Position numbers and translations under genes: made by a program
DNA from: Lingula anatina
Lineage: Eukaryota > Animalia > Brachiopoda
Assembly (NCBI GenBank): GCA_051362555.1
Contig: CM120648.1
Coordinates: 15,372,587 to 15,436,586, forward strand
Length of the DNA stretch: 64,000 nt
Reading direction: 5' to 3'
Notes under the pieces: model-generated
Told to the model about the DNA's origin: nothing
Database searches by the model: none
Seen by the model: the letters and a program-made list of their open reading frames with translations, nothing else
Part shown: piece after piece, positions 53,963 to 64,000 of the stretch
Numbering within the stretch: position 1 is the first letter of the stretch
Layout of the letters: each line of letters begins with the position of its first letter

Positions 53963-54107
53963 TATAAAACGCATGTCTTGTTCTAGTTTGGATCAACTTA
54001 GATTCCAGTCAGGATTCGAGTCACTCGGTCCGTCGGTAAGGAGACGACAACTATTTTCCCACCAAGATGATGAAGCTGATTCTACTTGTTACTCTCGTGG
54101 CTGCCAG
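53963..54107 (+). other. Inverted paralogous promoter and signal-peptide exon of the Gly/Tyr gene family (unit 2)
   Basis: TATAAAA 53963-53969; CCACCAAG-ATG at 54067; MMKLILLVTLVAA followed by AG|GTGAGA. Confidence 0.6.
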
Positions 54108-54115
54108 GTGAGATG

Positions 54116-54161
<46 letters not shown>

Positions 54162-54393
54162 AAGACATGAGAGAGAGATGTGTGTTGAGAGAGCGAGATT
54201 GGAATTGAGAGAGAGAGAGATGGGAGTTGAATTTGGTCAAGAAAAAAAAAACTGGTTTTCAAAAGAGAGCAGCATTTTTTTCTAAGATGTAAAGGATTGG
54301 AGATTACGTTATAACCAACAAATAGAACCACACTGATAACAAGAGCTGTAAGTCACTCATGATTCACTTGGCTATCGTCCAGTCTTAGATATC

Positions 54394-56525
54394 TCATTGC
54401 TGCATCTCCTGACGCTCAATAAACTTGACCCTCGCCGGACAGTCTGGCACGTGCACAGAGTGGAACTCCTGCCCCATGTCCACACTGCCTACCCACTGCA
54501 GGCGGTACCTCTGCAAGGTCTTCACTAGCATCACACTCAGCTCGTGCTCGGCAAATCGTCGACCTTCAAGAACAAAGACAATATATTTGGTTAAATATTC
54601 CAAGAATGAAAATGGAAAGAAGGGAAATGGAAAGAGAAAAGAGAAGATAGAAGCAAGATATCGGGCAAGGGAAAGAAGAGCAAAAAAAAAAAAAAAAAAA
54701 AAAAAATATTAAGAAAAACGGAAGGAAAAAAGGGGAGATCAGGCCAAGAACGGATGTAAATCATCAAAACCCAAGAAGAAAAGAACAAATATCGAATATA
54801 CGTGTGAATTTCAAAATAAGTCCCACACACACGCGCGCGCGCACAAACACACACACAAACACACACACACACACAGAAACAGAGAAGGATAATCTCCCAA
54901 CCTAGGCACATCCGGGTTCCGTGGCCAAACGGCAGCAGCGTGTACGGGTTATAATCCTCAGAGGTGTTTTCTCGAAGCCATCGCTCAGGTTGAAACTGTT
55001 CAGGAGCCACGAAATATTCTGGGCTGTGGTAGAACACGAGGCTGTTCAGAGAAAGAATCGTCTGTAAGGAAAAGGCACAAGAATGATGTATTAGTATAGA
55101 TGGCGCCACGGCTTACCCGGCCAAAATGTATAAATCAGCTCTTCGTTTATGGAGAAATTATTATAGCTTTAAAACTTGGTTGGTGTGCTTTTAAATTTTA
55201 AGTTGTACTTTACAAGTTGTACATAATGCTGTGACGAATTATTATTATCATCACTTTAAAATTATTAACATAGTTGCCATGACCACAATTAATGGACCAT
55301 GCAGATATCGAAAACATTGTAATCCCCAAAGAAATGATAATAATATATGTGGCAAATTGTTCCAAGAAATGACAGAGATCTCAGGACAAGGCTACTGTAC
55401 ATTCGAGAACCAAATTTCACAAAAAAACGTTCAACGAAAAATACCGTTCATCACAAGGTTGTCTTTTATTGTTTGTCATTTCATATCAAACACTATGTTG
55501 AGGCGTCCAAATAATATCATTAGATCTCAAATAGAAATTCTAAAAAAAAGAGTTTAGTAAAGATCCACTGTGTAGTATTACGCCACTGTCAGGCAAAGAA
55601 GGCATTAAACACTTTCAAATATATCTTTATAAACATTCTTTTAGTACGTGCTAAGCTGGTTATACCCCCTTTGGTATATGGTATCCACCAACCACCGTGT
55701 CCTGCTGCGGAATTCTGGTGAGTTCCACCGTAAGAGGAAAAAACCTGTAACAGAAAAAATATGACATTTTTAAGATAAGCCGTTACAGCACAAGTGTAAA
55801 CTTGCATTTATGACAGCAGAGACGCACATTTAATTCAAAGTCAACACACACGCGTGTTAATTTGTGCTTCAAGCGGAAGGTTATATGATGTGATTTCGCT
55901 TAAGTGAATAGAATGCAATACTGAGTCTTATCACTTTAAATAATTTGCTAACCACTAACTCGGCATGTGTGAGTCATAATTTGTTATTCATCCAGAGTAA
56001 AAAATTGTCACATATTTACAATGAATATATTATTCTAGGAAATACACTTGCTATATAGCCTCCCTATATTCATCAAAAGATTAAAATTTTGGCATGCATA
56101 AGAAATTTTGACTTTTTGATTCATCAACATTTGGAAATGCCTTGCATGATATATTCCCTGATGAAATCGTTTGTCATACGCTGAGATGTTGTGGTGTGAA
56201 AAAATATGATTTTATCTGATGTACGAAGAAGCTATCATTGTACATTTTCTAGTCTTTTATCTATAATTGCAAAAGGCCTATTACTATAATACTGAAAATA
56301 ATTATTGTGTAAGATGTATTGTTTCACAGACCTGGAGGTTTCCTTGAGAAAAGCTTTCATGTACTTCATCTTCTTGATGTGGTCCTTTCTCACATTTTCT
56401 CCTCTCGGCACGATTCTCTCCACTTCCTCAAATAGCTTGTCTTGCACGTGACTGTGCTTTGAAAGCGTGAACAGATTCCAAATCAAAACGGCTGGTGTCT
56501 GGAAAAGTTGTTATTATACGGACGT

Positions 56526-56576
<51 letters not shown>

Positions 56577-59500
56577 AAAAGGAAAAAAACTAATTTTATT
56601 GGACTTTGTATGGAATGGAATGACTTCCAAATCTCTATAACTGAAAATTGATGAACGGAATGCAAGAAAAGTGACATTAACGTCAGAGATCGAATTCAGA
56701 ACAGCGGACTAACAGATCCGCGGATCAAATATGGCCTACCTACTTGAATGCTTGTTGCGTTGGGAATCTATTCAGTGTCTAACCAGGAATTAAGCGGCAA
56801 GCTATTTAGTTGTTCGCCATATTTGATCCACAGATCTGTTATTCCGCTGTTCTTAATTCGCTCTTAATTGAACCCTCGTACATGTGAAAGAGGAGTAGTT
56901 AAAAACTCATACCGATGCAGCGGTCAATCATGAAAATTTGCCAAATACGTAAAATCTCTCAGTAAAGGGTAATCTGCAGGTATACACCATTATATTTTGA
57001 TGGTTTAAGAGAGTATGGCTGCATTCACAACGAGTTGAACCATGGCTCTACAAATCCACGAACTAAATATGGCGGACGTACATGAAAGAAAAACCGCCTA
57101 ATCTTTTAATAGTCTCTCCGTCTCTCACACGCCTCCCCACGCGTCGTCCCTGCGGGGGTACAGTCATTAAATCTCAGCTCCATTCGCCATGCGGAAGCTA
57201 CCTGAGAAATATTAAGTCAATTAAACTCGTGGTGAAGAAAAAAGCTCTTCTGTTCTATTATCTTTCAAAACAGAGACGAAAAAGGAATAAAATTAAATAT
57301 GATTTAATAATTCTCATATTTCAAACCTTTTTTTCCTTCGATCGCCTCCAGCCGCCATGCTTTCTTCACCACGAATTTAATTGATGAGCATGCGCACTTA
57401 ATATTTCTCAGGTAGCTTCCTCATGGCGAATGGAGCTAAGATTTAATGACTGTACCCCCGCAGGAACGACGCGTGGGGAGGCGTGTGAGAGACGGAGAGA
57501 CTATTTTAATAGTCTTTTAAAAAAGATTAGGCGGTTTTTCTTTCTTGTACGTCCGCCATATTTAGTTCGTGGCTTTGTAGAGCCATGGTTCAACTCGTTG
57601 TGAATGCGGTCTATGAGTAGATTTACAAAGTTTACTCTGTATGTAATACAAGTCTTGCTAGGAGAAGTGTAACGGAAGGAACGCTAATAATTAACGGAGG
57701 GCGCGCAACCCCCCTTCTCCTCTCATTCGTTCTTACCGCAATGAGTCCATCGAATACCATATCCAACGACAGCATGCCCCACTCACTGTACGGGATATCA
57801 CCTGGAATGGGTACGTCATGATTACTGTTTGAATATTATCCAATCACAGTTCGGTAAAATGTGTGTTCGTTCTAATAAACATGTAGAGAGCGCCGTCTAT
57901 ATATTTGACTGGTGCATGTAGCACCGCGTGTAAGAGGTTACCTGAACGGGACATTACATGTCGCAGGAAACTATATTTGTCATCTGGCAACTGGTTTGTG
58001 GCGGAGAGGACCTTAATGTCATCGACCGCCCGGTCTAAAAGTTTTTGCAAACCCCTGATCAAAAACATTGCAAATATTACTTTGATATATACTAACAATA
58101 TAAAAAAAAATAATAATAATAAGTCGCGCAGATTTGTAAATAAGAATATAGTTTAATAGAGTCTTTTCCACGAAATCGTGAGCATGCGCAGTGCGCGCCA
58201 TTTTGTGAGGGACTGTTTCCCAGGGGGAAAGAGTAGAAGGGGCCTTCGGTACTTTTGTAGTATGCCCATCCCCCCCCCTGTAACTTTCTGTAACTTTCAC
58301 TTTTCAAACAGTTTTTTACATTTTATTGTTTATCTATGTCAAAGCTGTTGAAATAAAATGCTTTTGTAATTACCTGTGGACTTTTTATTAGTGTTAATCA
58401 CGTTTAATCCAGCCCATTAAAATACAAAGTTAGAATCTTCAATTTACACCCGCAGTCAATAACTTGCCGCATTTTTGTTGGCTAACTCTAAGGTAATTTT
58501 ATGTGAACAAGTAGCTCATAATAATTTCACAGAGGAAATCTAAGTATACAATGTATCAATCCTATGTTCACATAAAATAAGGTAGAGTTAGCCAACGAAA
58601 ACGCAGCAAGCTGCGGTTACATTGTAAATTTTCACATTGTATTTCAATGGGGTGGATTAAACGTGATTAAAACTAATAAAAAGACCACAGGTAATTACAA
58701 AAACATTTTATTTCAACAGCTTTGACATATGTGCAAAAGACACTGTAAAAAAATGTTTGAAAAATGAAGGTTTCAGGAAGTTAAAGGTTGGGGGTATACT
58801 GCAAAAGTACCGAATGTCCTATCTTTGCTGTCGATTAGGTACGTTTTTAGTTCTTTCATTGAAAAGTCATCAGGTACTTCTGCTAAATTTCTATTCCAAC
58901 TGCTCGCATAAATGTGTTTTCGAAAAAAATCAGGTGTTAACATGTTACGAAACTTTGAAAATTCAGATTGAAATGAGCACTCCTCGATATGGCGTCTGTC
59001 GTGTACACTCCACACTTTCCCCCTGAAACTTCAAATCCCGCAAAATCTCGCGTTCCCACGGATAATTTAGCGGAAGTCACGTGACCGTGGAAAAGCCTCT
59101 ATTCCGATTCGTTGCTTATAATAAGAGAAGGAGAAAATGTACCTTCTATTTACTTATGTATTCAATCATTTTGTCGTCTCAGAGTACAGGCAAGAGCACA
59201 CAATAAGTCAGTGAGATAACTTCGAGTATGTAACGTAAAAAATAAAGTATGTGTATCTTTGTTAGTGAGTAGGGTGGTAGAGAGGATGTATTTACCCAAA
59301 CAAGTAATCCGCACTCTCTACCATGGTATCCCACTGCGCAGTTCTCACGTATCTGTACAGAGGAAGTGAATAATACAGGCGCGTGGCACTGCGAACGACG
59401 GTTTGCGTGGCCTCTATCATGGAGCGGACGTCAAAGAACTCGTTGACCTCATTATCAAAGAAGCCCGGATGTGTCTCAAAAACATTTCTGGCAGTGGCTG

Positions 59501-62500
59501 GAAAAATTGAAGCATAAATGAAGGGAACTTCGAAGAAGAACAAATTAATGTTTTAAGATAATCCATAAAAGAGGGTTATGCCGATCCTTAGGTATATTTC
59601 TTACTTTTTGTTTATAATTTCGCTGCCCCATACCAGCATTTATGTCTAGTTCTGTACCTATTCACTTACGCCATTATTCGAAGAACTTCTATTTATTAGT
59701 TGTTGCTTTGAATGGATCCAATTATGGGTAGTGCAATGTATATATACTTACCGTGTTGTAACACTCAGACTATAGAACTACAGTAGTACTACTACCACCG
59801 ATGCCCAATACATGTACTTCTATTGCTGCTGCTGCTGCTGCCCTTGTACATATACTACCACAAATACTACTATACAGCCAAATTTTAAAACAACGTATTT
59901 TAGGTCAAAAAATATTACTTTCGAATGTAACCACTGGTCCCCGTGACAAAAAAAAAAAAAAAAAAAAAAAAAAGCTTCGTAAAATGCTGAACACGCGCGT
60001 TATTTGTGTTGGGACCAGTGGCTAGATCGTAGTGTTCCCAAGTGGGGCGAACTAAAACTTAACAGAATGGCTAAATTATTTCAAAAACTATTTTTATTGC
60101 ACGAATAGCGCTGCATAGTCATACTTACATTTAAGGTGCCATTTAGCAACTTCCTCGTAAAGGTTCGGGACTTCTCCGTTTGCTGTCTGAGTGTCGGGCA
60201 GTCGTGTCAGGAAATCGTCAGCAACTTCATTGATAAACGGCAAATAATCAGCAACGATGTTTGGTCGCAAGATGTGGCTTTGCACCAGGCCACGCAGTGT
60301 GTGCCACTCTTCTCCGTTGCTAAAATAGGGATTTATAAAAAGTGACCGCTTTATGTCTGTTTCTGTTGGATCGGTCCATAAAAGCACAAACAAGACCACC
60401 CAAATAATTTGGAAAATTCAACAAAAAGGAGAATGTCTTAAATTAGCTCACAATGAAAAAAGTTAAAATTAAAGTTATAGATGCAATGTAACAACACAGA
60501 ATACATTTCTTAATATTTTTAAATTTTTTCATTGCAATAAGGTACCCTAGGTAAACAACACCAGCTAAAACAAAACAAGTCACTTTCCATCGCTGAAATA
60601 TAGGTTGAACGGTGTATTTGTCCTACCGGTACATATTAACTAGTGGGGCATGCATTATCAAAGAATAATCATTTAGTCCTATTGAACTGCTTACAGATCG
60701 AGGGACATGATCTCATTGTTGAAAAACATGTTTTCATAATCCAGGATTCATAATGCAAAATTGGTTAAAGGGTTTAGAGTTCAGTGTAGGTGCCACTGGT
60801 ATAGCGTTTTGATTGATCTCACAAGAGCCATTTTAGTTCAAATCAATTATCGAGAAAGAAAAATAAACAAGAGACGAGCCTATCCTGTATTTGAACGTCA
60901 TGATAACGTCCTTTATCACGTCACGTGATGGGTTTTGTCTCAATTTTCACGAAATAGATATAGTCCGAAAAACTGTTCTTAACGTAAAGACCATTAAACA
61001 AACCTTCCAACTGATCATGAAAAGAATACTGCCACAATTGTTCATTATATGCAGGAGACACACAGCTTTTAATCAAGACATACACATACATATGTTTGAA
61101 GGGGGTACATGTACCACCGGCTTTTCTTTAACTAAAGTAGACCACATTTCGGTTTAAAATTTTAGAAAAAATAATCTTGGGGCTTAACCCTTTTTAAAAA
61201 CTATCCAGGCTCTTTTTATATTGAACATACTAATAATAAAAAGAATGCATGTTACTCAATTCGAAGAAAGTAATGCTCCTGGACTATTCTACACATTAAA
61301 CTAGTTTAAGGGGGTAATGTACTTTCTTACACGTTGCCAATGCCAGGCCCAATTCTTCTCCATCTTCTGTAGAACCCTAGTGCCGGAAACAATGGATAAA
61401 CGTCCGTCTGGACCTGGCTGTTACGCAGGACACCACAGATATCGTCCAGGTGAAACAGGTGGACAAACGTGTCACCTGATCTCGTCTCCTTGACAACCGG
61501 GCCGTAATTGTCATGGAAAGACTTCAGGATTTCCCGCATTTTACGGTAATCATGAGTTCCTAATCAATAATAATAATAATAATAATAATGATAATATTAA
61601 TAATAATAATGATGATGATGATGATAACGATACCTGATAATAGTGATCACCTTAACTCTTAAACTACGTGCTCTTAGACCCCGTTCCCATCCCTAGATTA
61701 ATTTAGCATCTCAAAGGGGTTTCTAGCTTTAAGAGGCCCTGATGTCTGGAAAGCCTATTGAAGCTGTTAAGGTTGGATTATCTATCGTTTAGCAGCTATT
61801 CATTAGGTGTGCCAGACATCTAAGCCGCTTAAACTGAAAGCAGTTTAGCGATAATCCTCTAGGAGTTGGGGCGATCCTGCTACATCGAGCGAGGTATGGG
61901 AATGGGGTCTTATGTTTTATGTACATGTAGTAACTGGTGCTAATTGCTTACACTGTATACCTGCATTTAATAAGGCCTTTTTATATAGTCTATGAAATAT
62001 TTTCTATAGAAATATTTTTTCCTGAACCTTTGTCGGGGCACATAAAAAGATGATAATCATGTTACAGTGGTAATTTCATTTATATATTGTGTTGATCATA
62101 AGTTAATTGACAAAACATACAAAACACTCAATTCAACCAACCAAAGTCGCGGACTACGACCACAAGACCCTTCGACTTGTGCCCCTGATTTTCGGCAGAC
62201 CTGGTGAAATCAAATACGAATAAGAAATGCCTGTCCATTTAAACCTCACACATATAGATTAGTATGATATATAGACCTATTTTTCACATGACCCAATTTT
62301 TGCTATTTTAATTCTAATGGGTTGCACATGTACAGCTGGATAAGACGCGTGAAGTATTGAATAATGGACAAAATGGAGGCGTCGATGAAAATATTTAAAA
62401 TAAAATATTTTGTTCTGTCTTTTTTCCCATGCACATTTGAACACATTTTGCTCCTAAAATATTGAACACAAGTGAAGAATTGTAAACATTACTTAGCGGC

Positions 62501-63449
62501 CAGAACAATTATAAGAGGAAAGAATAACAATAACCGTTAAATGGATTGCACAACCCTTATAGTTGTACCATGTACAAACATATCATACATCAGACCGTGA
62601 ATACTTGTATTTTAATCCTGGATCACTGACAAGCAATAAATCCATATAGTATCTCAGTCAGCTTATGTGTATTGTACCTAAATATTAACACAACTGAGCT
62701 ATATGTAGGCTTAAACGATCGAACCTAAATGACAAAAAAGGACCTTGGTCTTGCATATATACCACACCTGTTGAAGATAAAAAAGGGGGTTCTTTTGAAA
62801 CTTTTAATCACTTTTGTCTCCACCAATTAAATGTCTCCAATTTAAATGCATGATATAAGTTAATTTTTTTCTGGGAAAAAAGATACAATAATAATAAAAA
62901 CGCGCGTTAACTACATACATGTTTAGTTTTCTTCCACTTTTGGTTGGAGTTCACAACTAAATACACATGTAAGTACTTCTTTTTCATGCAGAAAAATTCT
63001 TAGTAAATGCTTGTAGTATTTGGACTTTTTACAGTAAAATGCTTAAAATGCGGAAAAGTTGAAGGGAACTTTGGTCATGAAGTCCAGTGAAATAGAAATA
63101 CCATCAGGAAACAACGTGACTGCGGAAATGCTGTAAAATATGGATGTTCGTTTTAAGAAATTCACTCACTTTCCCTCACAGATAAGAAAAAAGATGTTTA
63201 TTCTAATGGCGGTAAGGTGTGAAGAAGTCACTTTTCCCAATACTTACCTGTCATGTAATCAAAAAGGCTCCCGAAATAAGGCAGCCTTCTTGGTCCAGGT
63301 ATTTCTTTAAAAGATTTCACTTGGCTGCAGTCCAAAACGGGATTGTGGTTGTCCTTTTGGCTCGATTGCATAAATTTATACGATGAGCATGTCCTTTTCC
63401 TGTGAATGTTGATCAATTGGGCGGCGAACGTTGTCCTGAAGTTTGGCAT
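54394..63449 (-). CDS. Cytochrome P450, mitochondrial clan (CYP44/CYP49/CYP12-like), copy 2, 525 aa
   Basis: Ten exons: 63449-63248, 61559-61331, 60319-60129, 59497-59296, 58054-57942, 57801-57737, 56498-56332, 55744-55666, 55061-54902, 54563-54394. Exon lengths are identical to copy 1 and the frame is intact, with KETSR, FQPERW and PFGHGTRMCLGRRFAE. Manual count gives ~49 amino-acid differences from copy 1. Confidence 0.93.
56685..56864. mobile_element. Small palindromic MITE (~180 bp), unit 2 only
   Basis: CGAATTCAGAACAGCGGACTAACAGATCCGCGGATCAAATATGGC ... GCCATATTTGATCCACAGATCTGTTATTCCGCTGTTCTTAATTCG. Absent at the equivalent site near 33565-33572. Confidence 0.7.
57017..57611. mobile_element. 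Nested palindromic MITEs (outer ~200 bp, inner 57110-57503), unit 2 only
   Basis: Outer TIR G(G/A)C(T/C)GCATTCACAACGAGTTGAACCATGGCTCTACAAA..., flanked by TAT. Inner TIR TAGTCTCTCCGTCTCTCACACGCCTCCCCACGCGTCG..., flanked by a TTTTAA 6-bp duplication. Empty site GAGAGCATGAGTAG at ~33709-33722. Confidence 0.85.
58158..59100. mobile_element. ISL2EU-like (PIF/Harbinger-related) deletion derivative, 943 bp, unit 2 only
   Basis: TIR AGAG(T/G)CTTTTCCACG with an AT target duplication; empty site TTTAATTCCG at ~34324-34333. It carries an ORF remnant (58773-59015, -; WNRNLAEVPDDFSMKELKTYLIDSKDRTF) and an internal ~570-bp palindrome. Confidence 0.72.
61677..61909. mobile_element. Palindromic MITE in P450 copy 2 intron 1
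   Basis: Orthologue of 36885-37140, flanked by TTA. Confidence 0.75.
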
Positions 63450-63595
63450 GATGCGTTGTAACTGATACAAATGTACAACTATCGTAAATAAAGTGAAATG
63501 TACCGGCAGAGACGAGACTTAATCTCTCCTTGGCTGTATGTTTCCCTAGAATAAGCTATTGTTCACGCACCATAGAACGGCGCGCGCATCCTGTA

Positions 63596-63603
63596 TTTTT
63601 ATA
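63596..63603 (-). promoter_or_regulatory. Candidate TATA box of P450 copy 2
   Basis: TATAAAAA followed by a GC-rich tract, about 150 nt upstream of the ATG. The equivalent site in copy 1 is TATGGAAA. Confidence 0.5.
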
Positions 63604-63822
63604 AGGGTCAGAAAACTTTTTTCCTGCTCATTCCAACCTTTCATGAATAGCAGGTGCGGATCCACACCGCGATAGGCTGGCTTCCTGAAGCCGATCGGGA
63701 TTTTACAAGAGCATCACGACAGTCGTCCACTCTGGGTTGTCCATGTTGATATTCTTAATAACTCCCGTGAGCCCGGAACAAGTATGTCGTTTACACCTGT
63801 GTCAGTTCACAGTTGTCGCTTA

Positions 63823-64000
63823 GGGACCATTCCCAGACCCTATCGTACTAACAGTGGATCGATCTATCTCCAAGAGGATACTCGCTAAATTGCATTCAAC
63901 TTAAGCGCCTTAGATGTCTGTCACACGTGCTGAAGCTGATAGGGGGTAATAAATTATCGTTTAGCAGCTTCAGTCTGGCGCGCCAGACATCTAAGCCGCT
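63823..64000. mobile_element. Palindromic MITE (family of 36885-37140), running off the window end
   Basis: Shares GCTAAATT.CAT.CAACTTAAGC..TAGATGTCTG.CAC..TGAAGCTG..AGGGGGTAAT..CAGCTTCAGT..CAGACATCTAAG with the intron-1 MITE. Confidence 0.7.

Larger units (their letters stand above)
39501..63974. repeat. Tandem segmental duplication, unit 2 (~24.5 kb)
   Basis: Collinear copy of 15522-39500 with independent indels and TE insertions. Confidence 0.92.

Noticed and set aside
15522-63974. Duplication as a pure haplotig assembly artefact
   Set aside because: Judged unlikely given ~9% P450 protein divergence, strongly diverged 5' introns and many independent insertions, though read data are needed to exclude it.

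Overview
AT-rich, microsatellite-rich animal genomic DNA with spliceosomal introns. It looks invertebrate and mollusc-like, but the taxon cannot be fixed from sequence. From left to right: (1) the last four coding exons of a malic enzyme (+). (2) A convergent three-exon gene (-) for a ~346-aa secreted proprotein with a signal peptide, a furin-type REKR site, Thr-rich tracts and an Arg-rich tail. (3) A head-to-tail tandem duplication of a ~24-kb unit (~15522-39500 and ~39501-63974). Each unit holds a palindrome-rich 1.6-1.8-kb macrosatellite, a small secreted Gly/Tyr-rich protein gene (-), an inverted paralogous promoter and signal-peptide exon (+), and an intact 10-exon, 525-aa mitochondrial-clan cytochrome P450 (-). 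The P450 I-helix lacks the acid-alcohol pair (DGLIAT instead of AGxDTT). Several copy-specific non-autonomous DNA transposons can be delimited exactly because the other unit supplies the empty site. All exon models were built by hand from splice sites, phase compatibility and protein motifs; no database searches were run.
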